Below are positions 19,636 to 29,944 of a stretch of 64,000 nucleotides of DNA, in pieces (position 1 is the stretch's first letter; every line of letters starts with the position of its first letter). This stretch comes from Aulosira sp. ZfuVER01 (GTDB taxonomy: Bacteria > Cyanobacteriota > Cyanobacteriia > Cyanobacteriales > Nostocaceae). The stretch lies in NCBI GenBank assembly GCA_034530615.2, contig JAVRCV020000012.1, positions 26,880-90,879 on the forward strand, written 5' to 3'. The notes beneath the pieces are model-generated. The model was not told the origin of the DNA. It saw only the letters and a list, made by a program, of their open reading frames with translations, and searched no databases. Both the position numbers and the translations under genes were made by a program.

Positions 19636-20739
19636 ATGATTTTGGAGCCTAATAAAGCTATTGTAGATATTTCTTTTAACCCGAAAAAATAGTTTGGGTT
19701 TTTTACGTTTTTTATTGGCTATTTTAGTTGTGATACAACATAGCTATGTCTTAGGCGATTTTGGTAATGATCTATTATCATATATTAGTAAAGGAAAATC
19801 AAATTCAGGTTCATTAGCTGTACATTGTTTCTTTATAATTAGTGGATTTTTAATAACTCGAAGCTACCTAGCAACATCAAACTTCGGTCATTATTTATGG
19901 AATCGTATATTAAGAATATTCCCAGGTTTTTGATTTTGTTTACTGACTACAGCTTTTATATTTGCTCCCATTGTATACATATATATCAATGGTAATATTA
20001 GCGGTTATCTATCAGCTAGCGATAGTCCGTTTGGTTATATAATCAACAATCTACTCTTGTATATCAATCAGCGAGATATTGCGAACCTGATGTCCTCCCA
20101 TATAGAAAAATCCTTGAATGGTTCTCTCTGGACATTAATATGGGAGTTTATGCTTTATCTGGCTATAGGAGTTTTGGTTTATTATCAATACTCAAAAAAT
20201 ATAGACATATTGTTTTAATTATATTTTTAGCATTTCTCATAACATATTTTGTAGACCCATGCCATTGCACAATACTTTTGAAATTTTGGGTCATGGAAAG
20301 AAACCCACCATTAATAGTGTTATTCTTATCTGGCTCACTTTTTTGGCTTTACAAAGAAAAAATCATTTTTAATGGAAGAATTTTTGTGGTTGTGGTGTTA
20401 TTAACCTTAGTGACGTTGCCGCTAAAGTTGTTTCTATGGGTAGAACCGTTTACTTTACCATATATCATTTTTTGGTTAGCGATCAATCTTCCATTGAGTA
20501 ATTTTGATAAACATGGTGACTATTCTTACGGAATTTATATCTATTCATTTTCCATCCAGCAACTTCTGGTGCAATTTAATTTACACAAATTGGGTTTAGG
20601 TATATATTTTATGCTTTCATTATTACTAACCATGCCATTAGCTATTCTAAGCTGGCATTTTATTGAAAAACCCTGTTTGCAGTTCAAAAGTATTAAAATT
20701 GATTCAATTAAATTCTTAGATAAAAAAGTGAAAAAATAA
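19636..20739 (+). pseudogene. Disrupted acyltransferase-3 (O-acetyltransferase) gene
   Basis: LRF.LA, FFIISGFLI, RILRIFPG, NGSLWTL.WE, DYSYGIYIY and SWHFIEKP motifs are spread across frames. Lesions: frameshift at the A-run ~19684-19689, in-frame TGA at 19931-19933, frameshift near 20176. Confidence 0.88.
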
Positions 20740-20809
20740 AATTTGTTACTAGATATGATTACTTGTAATTTTTATTTTTCAAATAATACCATTGGTTATT
20801 ATTGCCTAA

Positions 20810-22141
20810 ATGAAAGTCATCCAAACTCTCGGATGCTATTTCCCTGAATCTTCAGGGGGAACAGAAGTTTATGTAGATGGGTTAGTAAATGAACTAAACT
20901 CCCAAGGTGTAAAAAGTATTGTTGCTGCGCCTCAAACTAGTACTCAGGAAATAACCTATGAATATAATGGTGTCACAGTATATCGTTATCCTGTGTTTGG
21001 GGAACTCACCCTAGAGCAAATTCGTGACTTGACACCCCATAGCGGTTTTGAATATTTTGCTCAATGGCTCGACCAGCAAAAAGCTGATATCTACCATCAA
21101 CACTCCTGGGTAACTGGTTGCAGCATACACCACCTGCAACAGGCCAAGAAACTGGGTCTGTCTACAGTAGTAACTGTCCACGTACCTGGAAATATCTGTA
21201 TGCGTGGCACAATGCTAGTAAATGGGAAAAAAGTCTGTGATGGACACATTGAGCAAGTACGGTGTGGTAGCTGCTGGGGTATGGCGCGGGGAATACCAGC
21301 AAGTTTGGCTCCCTTAATGTCGAGAATTCCGTTATCTTTAAGCGCGATCGCTTCTTCATCATTTTCTACTAACCGTCTGGCTACAGCATTCGCAACACCT
21401 GCTTTAGTGGCGACGCATCAAAATCGCTTACAGGAAATGGTAGCGTTAGCAGACCGTGTGGTGGTTGTCTGCCAATGGCTGTATGATGCTTTAAGAATTA
21501 ATGGTATTCCTAAAGAAAAACTTGTTTTGTGTAGACAGGGAGTAGACCCAACTCTAAAAACAATACCTAATTTAAAACGAAGCATACACATGAGCCGACC
21601 TCTCAGAATAGGTTTTTTGGGACGTTGGGACAAGATCAAGGGGATTCATGTATTAGTAGAGGCAGTGTGCCGTTTACCATTAAACGTATCAGTGGAACTG
21701 GTTATTCACGGTTTAGCACAGGGAGACGAAGGGAGAGCCTATCAACAACAAGTTTTCGCTAAAGCCGCTAACGATCCTCGCATCCGCTTTGCAGAACCGC
21801 TACCACGAGCAGCTGTGCCAGATGCGCTTGCTAATTTTGATGTGTTAGCTGTACCATCCCAGTGGCTCGAAACAGGTCCCCTCACAGTTTTAGAGGCTCA
21901 GGCTGTAGGTACGCCAATTTTAGGTTCAGATTTAGGCGGAATAGCTGAGTTAGTGGAACATGGTGTAAATGGGTGGTTAGTTCCATCTAATGATGTAGAA
22001 GCTTGGTGTGAGGCAATTTATTGCTTTGCAAAAGATAGGAATTTGTTAGCAAAGTTGCGCTTGGGAATTAATCCTGTGCGAACAATGAGAGAAGTGGCGT
22101 TAGAGATAGTTGAAATTTATCAGGTAATTTGCAAGTTATGA
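20810..22141 (+). CDS. Glycosyltransferase family 4
   Basis: GGTEVYV, FLGRW...KG, PSQWLETGPLTVLEA. Confidence 0.92.
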   Translation: MKVIQTLGCYFPESSGGTEVYVDGLVNELNSQGVKSIVAAPQTSTQEITYEYNGVTVYRYPVFGELTLEQIRDLTPHSGFEYFAQWLDQQKADIYHQHSWVTGCSIHHLQQAKKLGLSTVVTVHVPGNICMRGTMLVNGKKVCDGHIEQVRCGSCWGMARGIPASLAPLMSRIPLSLSAIASSSFSTNRLATAFATPALVATHQNRLQEMVALADRVVVVCQWLYDALRINGIPKEKLVLCRQGVDPTLKTIPNLKRSIHMSRPLRIGFLGRWDKIKGIHVLVEAVCRLPLNVSVELVIHGLAQGDEGRAYQQQVFAKAANDPRIRFAEPLPRAAVPDALANFDVLAVPSQWLETGPLTVLEAQAVGTPILGSDLGGIAELVEHGVNGWLVPSNDVEAWCEAIYCFAKDRNLLAKLRLGINPVRTMREVALEIVEIYQVICKL

Positions 22142-22177
22142 AGTTAGTATTTCTATTGTGCTGTTTACATTCATCCT

Positions 22178-23187
22178 GTGAGGAATTTTATGCATAACTT
22201 AATCGTGGATAACAAAAGCTTGCTAAAAGTACTGCGAAACGCAGCATGTCAAGTAGGACTTGGTAAAGCTATTGCCCAAATTCGGCTATTAAAATCTCTC
22301 ACCGTCAAAGGAGCGATAGAGATGAGTTTAGCCAAACGTCGCTACTTAACCAGAATCACAAAAGTCCGTCCTATCTCGGCGGGAGAAGGTACGATTGAAG
22401 TACATATGCTTTTGCATCACAAACGCATCTATGAAGGTCTATGGGCATTGTATTCATTCGCTTACTTTTGTGACCAACCATGTCGCATAGTAGTTCATAG
22501 TGATGGCTCATTAACTGATGTTGATGTCACCTTATTAAAGAATCTTTTCCTCCAGTGCCAAGTGATAGACCGACAGAAATCTGATTCGGTAGTGTCGAGT
22601 TATTTTCGTAATCAAGGAATGCTGAAATGCGAACAACTAAGACAGCAATATGTCCATGTAATGAAATTATTTGACCCCTTTTTTTTTGTCATAATAAGTC
22701 CTTTATTTCCTTAGATTCTGATGTGTTATTTTTTGCTCATCCTCAAGAATTGATTGATGGTATGGGGACTGATGAAAATATGCCGGAATTCACAAATTTA
22801 TATTCAGTTGATGTTGGCACTCGTTCTACATATTCTCTTCAAGAACCAGAATTAGCTAATCTATTAGGTAAAAATTGTATTGAGAAATTAAATGCTGGTG
22901 TACTGAGAGTTCGTCGGGATAATATAGACTTTCAAAGAATAGAGCAATATTTACAGCATCCCCATTTTTGGAATCCTGACGGTACACCGGATTACTATAC
23001 AGAACAAACTCTATGGGCTATGGAGTTTAGCAATTCAAATTCCTTTTCACTACCGGATACTTATGCTATATGTCCCAAAACAGATGAACCTAAACTTGTG
23101 TCTGGACACTATTGTGGGGGTGGTTATTGGGGAAGTCTATTTTATGCTCGTGGTCTTCCTGTGTTAGCAGCAAGCTTTCTGAATTAA
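22178..23187 (+). pseudogene. Frameshifted nucleotide-diphospho-sugar transferase-like gene (GT-A, DxD), split at a T9 run
   Basis: KLFDP then T9 at 22679-22687. The shifted frame continues CHNKSFISLDSDVLFF into ORF 22723-23187 (LNAG, YTEQT). Confidence 0.75.
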
Positions 23188-23212
23188 TTAGCGTAATATC
23201 CTTATTTATGGA

Positions 23213-24175
23213 ATGTTGAACACTAATTCTTTGGTTTCTATTATCATACCTTGCTACAATGCAGAGCGTTTCCTTGCTCAAACAATTGAAAGTATTTTTT
23301 CCCAAACTTTTAGCAATTATGAAATCATTTTAGTAGATGATGGTTCAACAGATGGCACAGTAGAGGTAATCAAATACTTTGGAACTAAAGTCAGATCAGA
23401 ATTTGGCCCCAACCGTGGAGCAAGCGCCGCTCGTAACAGAGGAACAGAATTAGCTCAAGGTAAATTCATTCAATATCTTGATGCTGATGATCTATTGCGA
23501 TCTGATACTTTAGAAAAAAAAATAAATGCTTTAGAAATAAGTGGTGCTGATGTCGCTTATACTGATTGGCAAAAGTTAGAGGAGAACGAACAGGGTAAAT
23601 TTTCACCAGGTGATGCGATCGCTAGAAAAATTGAAGACATCCACCCTGACCCCCAAATTGCCTTATTCACTAATTTTTGGTCTCCACCAGCAGCTCTTCT
23701 GTATCGCCGAGAAATTGTAGATATCATCGGAGGCTGGAATGAAACATTACCAATTATTCAAGATGCACGTTTTCTTTTAGATGCAGCTTTATTAGACGGT
23801 AAATTTATCTATGTCCCAGGAGTAGGAGCTGATTATCGTGTACATAAAAGCAACAGTTTATCTCGTCGTAGTCCTGTAGGCTTTGTCAAAGACTGCTTTC
23901 ACAATAACTGCCAAATTGAAGAGTTTTGGCGGAATCATGGCGGATTAACTCCAGACCGTTGCCTGGCATTAGTAAATGGGTATGACTATACTGCTCGTAC
24001 ACTGTTTATGGCAGACGAAAAACTTTTTCAAGAAAATTTACGTCGTCTTTATCAAGTAGACCCTAGATTTCGCCTCAGCTGGCCCAAAGTGGCAGGCATG
24101 ATTTCAACTTTATTTGGCAAGCAAGGAGCTACTTTGCTGCTGAGGTTACTTGGCAAAACACCAGTTCATCTATAA
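23213..24175 (+). CDS. Glycosyltransferase family 2
   Basis: SIIIPCYN, VDDGSTD, GASAARN, YLDADD. Confidence 0.93.
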   Translation: MLNTNSLVSIIIPCYNAERFLAQTIESIFSQTFSNYEIILVDDGSTDGTVEVIKYFGTKVRSEFGPNRGASAARNRGTELAQGKFIQYLDADDLLRSDTLEKKINALEISGADVAYTDWQKLEENEQGKFSPGDAIARKIEDIHPDPQIALFTNFWSPPAALLYRREIVDIIGGWNETLPIIQDARFLLDAALLDGKFIYVPGVGADYRVHKSNSLSRRSPVGFVKDCFHNNCQIEEFWRNHGGLTPDRCLALVNGYDYTARTLFMADEKLFQENLRRLYQVDPRFRLSWPKVAGMISTLFGKQGATLLLRLLGKTPVHL

Positions 24176-24188
24176 ATAATCAGTCAAG

Positions 24189-25457
24189 ATGCAAATTACC
24201 CTAGCACATCCAGCTCCTGCTCCCTTTGTCCAGCAAGTTGGCAGAGCGCTATTTGAGGCAGGAATGTTAAGCCAGTTTGCAACTAAATTTGTAGCTAGAC
24301 CAGATGCAACGTGGTTAAATAATCTTTGCCAAGTGGCAAAACTATTTAAGCTTGACTTGGCCAAACAACTTTCACGTCGATCTGTGACTGAGTTTCCCCT
24401 ATCCTTAGTGAAGGATTCCCCCTGGCACGAAGTAATTCGGATTATAGCTGAACGTGTCACTCATGATGAAATAATTGCAGATTTAATATTTCACTGGGGT
24501 AATAATGCTTTTGACCGTTGGGTTGCGAATCAGGCGCTGACAGACATTCAAGCAGTCTATGGGTATGAGTATGACTGTCTGATCACCTTTGAAGTTGCCA
24601 AAGAAAGGGGAATAGCATGTATTTATGATGTTCCTTCCCCAGAACACGACTTTGTAGAAAATCTGATTCGAGAAGAACTGAAGATTTATCCAGAAATCGA
24701 AACACCTTATCGAAGATACTGTCAAGCTCGTCAAGAACCTCGTACCCAGCGCCGCCGACAGGAATGGCAATTAGCCGATGTAGTCATGGCTAATTCCGAG
24801 TTCACAAAGGCTTCTTATGCTGCGGCTGGTTTGGATGTCAGCAAAGTCCGAGTAGTGCCTCTAGCCGCACCACCAGTCTGTACCGAGACTTTATCCGTGA
24901 GCAATTCAGAGCCAGAAACTGTCAAATTCCTGTGGGCTGGGACATTTGGTATCCGTAAAGGAGCGCATTATTTACTGCAAGCTTGGCAAAAATTACAACC
25001 CTTTACTGGGGCACGTCTAGATGTTTTTGGCGCGATGGAGTTACCTGCTAGTGTGCTGAAAAACTTACCAGATTCCATACATTTTTCTCAAACTGTTCCC
25101 CGTGATGAGCTATACGAAAACTATCGTCGGGCTGATGTACTTGTGTTTCCTACCCTTTGCGACGGTTTTGGCATGGTTGTCACCGAGGCATTTGCTCAAG
25201 GATTACCAGTGATTACTACCAATCGGGCTGGTGCAGCAGATCTGGTGCGACATGGCGTTAACGGATTGATCGTACCTGCTGGGGATGCGAACGCTCTAGC
25301 AGCAGCTTTGGATTGGTGCATGACCCATCGATCTGAACTCAAAGCTATGCGGCAAGCAGCGCTAGATACTGCTGCTAGTTGGCAATGGTCTGATTATCGT
25401 GTGGCTCTGATTGAAAACTTGCGTGATGGATTGATAGCAGCAGGCTACAACCTATGA
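24189..25457 (+). CDS. Glycosyltransferase family 4
   Basis: RKGAHYLL, FPTLCDGFGMVVTEA. Confidence 0.92.
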   Translation: MQITLAHPAPAPFVQQVGRALFEAGMLSQFATKFVARPDATWLNNLCQVAKLFKLDLAKQLSRRSVTEFPLSLVKDSPWHEVIRIIAERVTHDEIIADLIFHWGNNAFDRWVANQALTDIQAVYGYEYDCLITFEVAKERGIACIYDVPSPEHDFVENLIREELKIYPEIETPYRRYCQARQEPRTQRRRQEWQLADVVMANSEFTKASYAAAGLDVSKVRVVPLAAPPVCTETLSVSNSEPETVKFLWAGTFGIRKGAHYLLQAWQKLQPFTGARLDVFGAMELPASVLKNLPDSIHFSQTVPRDELYENYRRADVLVFPTLCDGFGMVVTEAFAQGLPVITTNRAGAADLVRHGVNGLIVPAGDANALAAALDWCMTHRSELKAMRQAALDTAASWQWSDYRVALIENLRDGLIAAGYNL

Positions 25458-26692
25458 TTAAGAAACGCATCTGCTTAGTTAGTCCTGGTCATGTAGCCTC
25501 TAATCCCCGACTGGTCAAAGAGGCAAATGCTTTGGATGCTGCTGGTTTTTCAGTGCGAGTTGTTGCTGGAGACTACATGGCAGCTATTCGTTCATTAGAT
25601 CAAACGATTTTGTCCCAAGTTCCTTGGTCATGCATACAGGTGGGTTTAGGCTCAAAACTAAGTTACCTGGGACTTAAACTGTGGCAAAAGTTGGCTCAAA
25701 AAGTGGTAAGTACTGGCTGGATTCCTCACCTGTCTGTAGCGACTTGGGCACATAGTCCTATGAGTACTCAACTCGCCAAAGCAGCAGCGGCTGAACCTGC
25801 TGACCTTTACATTGCCCATTGTTTGGCTGCACTGCCAGCAGCGGCGATCGCAGCGCAAAAACATCATGCCAAACTGGGGTTTGATGCGGAAGATTTTCAT
25901 GTTGGTGAATTGCCTGACATTCCAGCCAACCAAGCACAAATTCGGGTGCGCGATCGCATTGAACGGACTCTATTGCCACGTTGTCAACATTTAACTGCTG
26001 CTTCCCCAGGCATTGCTGCCGCCTATGCAAAACGTTATGGGGTAAGCATGACACCTATTCTGAATGTATTTCCCCTAGCAGAAGCCACACCCTCACCCCA
26101 GCTACAAGAAGGTGAACGTTTTGGTTCGGAGCCTTCTCTTTACTGGTTTTCCCAAACTGTTGGTCCGGGTAGAGGTATCGAATCGATCATCACAGCAATG
26201 GGGCAAATGCAAACCCGTGTTCGTTTGCATTTGCGAGGCTTTCCGGCGGCTGGTTACTCAGAAAGTTTGATGCAGTTAGCTGCAAAAGTGAGAGTGAGCG
26301 ATCGCGTGCACTTACTTCCCCCTGCACCCCCAGCAGAAATGGTTCGGTTAGCTGCCTATCATGATGTAGGGTTATCTTTAGAACTAACTCAACCCCTAAA
26401 TAGAGGTATTTGTTTAACTAATAAAATTTTTGTTTATCTGTTAGCAGGATTGCCTGTATTAATGAGTCTAACTCCTGCTCAAAAAGAATTTGCTCAACAA
26501 GTAGGAGAAGTTGCCATATTAGTAGATATTAATGATTCATCTGTAGTAGCAACGGCTCTAGACAGGTTATTTTCTCAACCAGGTAACCTGGAGATTGCCC
26601 GCACTCAAGCTGGGAAATTGGGACAAGAAATTTATAACTGGGATATTGAACAAAAAAAATTTCTAAATATTGTAGTGGAAACATTATTTTAA
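25454..26692 (+). CDS. Glycosyltransferase (GT-B, family 4-like)
   Basis: NPRLVKEA, FDAEDFH, GRGIE, NKIFVYLLAGLP. Confidence 0.8.
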   Translation: MIKKRICLVSPGHVASNPRLVKEANALDAAGFSVRVVAGDYMAAIRSLDQTILSQVPWSCIQVGLGSKLSYLGLKLWQKLAQKVVSTGWIPHLSVATWAHSPMSTQLAKAAAAEPADLYIAHCLAALPAAAIAAQKHHAKLGFDAEDFHVGELPDIPANQAQIRVRDRIERTLLPRCQHLTAASPGIAAAYAKRYGVSMTPILNVFPLAEATPSPQLQEGERFGSEPSLYWFSQTVGPGRGIESIITAMGQMQTRVRLHLRGFPAAGYSESLMQLAAKVRVSDRVHLLPPAPPAEMVRLAAYHDVGLSLELTQPLNRGICLTNKIFVYLLAGLPVLMSLTPAQKEFAQQVGEVAILVDINDSSVVATALDRLFSQPGNLEIARTQAGKLGQEIYNWDIEQKKFLNIVVETLF

Positions 26693-26741
26693 GGCATTTT
26701 AAAACATAAATTTAGAAACACTGAAGATTTAAATAGAATAT

Positions 26742-27452
26742 ATGTTTATCAAAGCTAAACTTCGTGAATACTTAGCAAAGCGTTTAGGAGTTCCTGAAAT
26801 CCCTTTCGCACTCCAACGTCTTGATAAAGTTGCTTTTCAGCCAAACTACATTTTTGATGTGGGAGCATACAAAGGTGATTTTACCTTGTCTTGTCTGCAA
26901 GTTTGGCCTAATGCTAAAATCGCTTGTTTTGAAGCTTTAGAAGAACGAGTTAATCAACTCAAGTCTATTGCCTCTAATAATTCAAATATCCAGGTTTTTC
27001 CAGGATTATTAGGTGCTCAAACACTTGATGAAGTACCACTTCATGAGGCAGAAACAGCTTCTTCTATCCTAGTGGAACATATTAGCCAAAACTTTTCTGT
27101 AACGTTTCATCCAATGTGGACTGTAGATCAAATTGTTAACGAAAATTTCAGTGATCGCAGTCCTGACTTACTAAAACTTGATGTTCAAGGCTATGAACTG
27201 GAAGTATTGAAAGGAGCGGAAAATTCTCTTCCAGGAATACAAATGATATTAGCAGAAGTCAATTTGTTGGATATACATCAAGATGTACCTTTATTAGCAG
27301 AAGTAATCTCATGGCTAAGTGAACGCGATTGGGTAGCTTACGATATTTGTGGTTTAACTCGTCGCCCTCTCGATCAAGCCCTTTGGCAAGCAGATTTCAT
27401 ATTTGTACCGAGCCATAGTCCTCTGCGTAGCGATAAGCGTTGGGCTGCATAA
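26742..27452 (+). CDS. FkbM-family methyltransferase
   Basis: FDVGAYKG, CFEA, LLKLDVQGYELEVLKG. Confidence 0.92.
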   Translation: MFIKAKLREYLAKRLGVPEIPFALQRLDKVAFQPNYIFDVGAYKGDFTLSCLQVWPNAKIACFEALEERVNQLKSIASNNSNIQVFPGLLGAQTLDEVPLHEAETASSILVEHISQNFSVTFHPMWTVDQIVNENFSDRSPDLLKLDVQGYELEVLKGAENSLPGIQMILAEVNLLDIHQDVPLLAEVISWLSERDWVAYDICGLTRRPLDQALWQADFIFVPSHSPLRSDKRWAA

Positions 27453-27459
27453 AATAAAA

Positions 27460-28488
27460 ATGAGAATTTTACTATCTGTTGATCCGGAAATACCAGTACC
27501 ACCTAAACTCTATGGTGGTATTGAACGCATTGTTGATCTCTTAGTCACTGGGCTGCAAGCTAGAGGACATAAAGTTGGACTAGTAGCTCACCCTGATTCT
27601 AATTCACCTGTGACTGAATTTTTCCCTTGGGTAGGCAGGCGATCGCAGAATATCTTTGATACAATCCAAAACACAATTTTTCTTTGGTCAGCAGTTCAGC
27701 AATTCCAACCTGACTTAATTCACAGCTTTTCGCGCATTCTCTACCTATTGCCTCTACTAAACTCACGACTTCCTAAAGTCATGTCTTACCAACGCCACCC
27801 CAACAGAAAGACTACTAACTGGGGAGCAAGGCTAGGGCAAGGTTCTCTTACCTTCACAGGCTGTAGCGACTACATTTGTGATCTAGGTAAGGCAAATGGT
27901 GGCAATTGGCACACTATTTACAACTGCGTCGAGCTAGAAAAATATAATTTTGTACCAACAGTTGCAGAGGATGCGCCGTTGGTATTTTTGAGCCGCGTAG
28001 AACGAATTAAAGGAGCGCATACAGCTATCGCAGCCGCTCGCAAAACTGGACGGCGTTTAGTTATTGCTGGCAACTACGCTACTACTGGAGAAGAAGGACA
28101 GTATTGGCAAGAAGAAATAGTTCCTTATCTGGGAAAAGACGGCATTGAATACGTTGGTCCAGTAAACGATATTCAGAAAAATAAACTACTGGGACAAGCT
28201 GCTGCAATGATTGTACCTATTGAATGGCATGAACCTTTTGGCATTGTCTTTGTTGAGTCACTTGCCTGTGGTACTCCTGTGATTTCTTGTCCTCTTGGAG
28301 CATTACCAGAAATTTTGCGTCCCGATATTGATGGCTATTTAGTTAACAGTATGGAAGAGACTTGTACTGCAATTCAAAATTTAGCCAATATCGACCGCAA
28401 AAACTGCCGTCAACGAGTGGAGCAATGCTTTTGTGCATCTTTAATTGTTGAAAAATATGAAAATTTGTACTACAGCCTGATAAACTGA
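27460..28488 (+). CDS. Glycosyltransferase family 4 (likely start ATG 27460)
   Basis: PPKLYGGIER, FLSRVERIKG, WHEPFGIVFVESLACG. Confidence 0.92.
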   Translation: MRILLSVDPEIPVPPKLYGGIERIVDLLVTGLQARGHKVGLVAHPDSNSPVTEFFPWVGRRSQNIFDTIQNTIFLWSAVQQFQPDLIHSFSRILYLLPLLNSRLPKVMSYQRHPNRKTTNWGARLGQGSLTFTGCSDYICDLGKANGGNWHTIYNCVELEKYNFVPTVAEDAPLVFLSRVERIKGAHTAIAAARKTGRRLVIAGNYATTGEEGQYWQEEIVPYLGKDGIEYVGPVNDIQKNKLLGQAAAMIVPIEWHEPFGIVFVESLACGTPVISCPLGALPEILRPDIDGYLVNSMEETCTAIQNLANIDRKNCRQRVEQCFCASLIVEKYENLYYSLIN

Positions 28489-28491
28489 CTA

Positions 28492-29775
28492 ATGAAACAA
28501 GTTGTTATTGTTGCTCCCCAATTCCCCCCCTGTAACTTAACCGCAGGACATCGCTGCCGTTATTTTGCTACACATTTGCCTAAATTTGGCTGGCAGGTCA
28601 AGGTGCTAACAGTTGAGCCTAGTTATTATGAAGAGAAATTAGATTACGAATTAGAAGCATTACTGCAACCTGATTTAGAGATTATTCGCACTAAAGCATT
28701 ATCTACTCGTCCACTACGCCTAGTGGGAGACATTGGTATTAGGACATTTTGGTGGCATTATCAAGCTCTCTGCCAACTTGCTAAACAACAGAAACCTGAT
28801 TTAATTTATATTCCGATTCCATCGAATTATTCAGCATTGCTAGGTATTTTGTTGTACCGTCAATTTGGTATACCTTATGCGATTGATTATATTGATCCTT
28901 GGGTAAATACTTGGCCTGGTTGTGAAGTTGTATTTAGCAAAGCCTGGTTTGCATATAACTTGAGTAAGTTTTTAGAACCGATCGCCTTGCAAAGTGTTAG
29001 TTTAATTACAGCTGTTGCTCCTGGTTACTATGAAGGAGCGTTGAAACGTTACCCTTGGCTCGATTCAGTAGAGTGTGTTGCTATGCCTTATGGTGTAGAA
29101 GCGACAGAGTTTGAATACCTTGATCACCATCCACGTCCTCCCTATTTATTTGCCCCAGATGACGGTAATTTTCATATTATTTATGCTGGGGCAATGTTAC
29201 CGAAAGCTTACTCAACTTTGGAAGCATTATTTCAAGCCCTTTGTCTATTAAAAAAATCACAACCAGAATTAGCACAAAAGCTCAAATTTCATTTCGTCGG
29301 TACTGGAAAAGATCCTAGTGATTCCGAAGGATTTAATATTAAACCTTGGGCAGAAAAATATCAACTATTGGATATGGTAACAGAATATCCTGCTCGAATT
29401 CCTTATCTAGACGTACTTAATCATTTAAAGAATGCTCATGCAGTTTTAATTGTTGGCTCTCCTGAGCGCCATTATACGCCCTCAAAAATTTTTCAAGCTG
29501 TTTTATCCTATCGACCAGTTATTGCACTTTTACATAAAGACAGCACAGCGGTTAGTATTCTCAAACAAGTTAATACAGGTACGGTGGTAGGGTTTGATGA
29601 ACAAAGAACCGTTGATTTATGCGTTGAAGAAATTGCCCAAGCTCTAGAAAGAGTAATAAAACTTACCTATTCAACTAAAGACATCAATTGGGATGCTTTC
29701 TATGCATACTCTACTGAAGCAATGGCAGAAAAATTAGCTCATGCTTTTAATTTAGTGATTGATCACAAGCAATAG
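28492..29775 (+). CDS. Glycosyltransferase (GT-B, family 4-like)
   Basis: FPP.N..G.R, DYIDPW, YAGA, PSKIF. Confidence 0.8.
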   Translation: MKQVVIVAPQFPPCNLTAGHRCRYFATHLPKFGWQVKVLTVEPSYYEEKLDYELEALLQPDLEIIRTKALSTRPLRLVGDIGIRTFWWHYQALCQLAKQQKPDLIYIPIPSNYSALLGILLYRQFGIPYAIDYIDPWVNTWPGCEVVFSKAWFAYNLSKFLEPIALQSVSLITAVAPGYYEGALKRYPWLDSVECVAMPYGVEATEFEYLDHHPRPPYLFAPDDGNFHIIYAGAMLPKAYSTLEALFQALCLLKKSQPELAQKLKFHFVGTGKDPSDSEGFNIKPWAEKYQLLDMVTEYPARIPYLDVLNHLKNAHAVLIVGSPERHYTPSKIFQAVLSYRPVIALLHKDSTAVSILKQVNTGTVVGFDEQRTVDLCVEEIAQALERVIKLTYSTKDINWDAFYAYSTEAMAEKLAHAFNLVIDHKQ

Positions 29776-29944
29776 TCTAGTTTAATTTTGTTGACAAATT
29801 TCTCAATCATATTAATTTATTGAAGAAATCTTATATATTAAGACTCACTATTGTAACCCAGGTTAATATCTATGCCAAAAATTCATATCAAGGTTAAAAT
29901 GGAGACTTGTACAAGCTTGATCCTAATAACAATTTTCTATAGTT

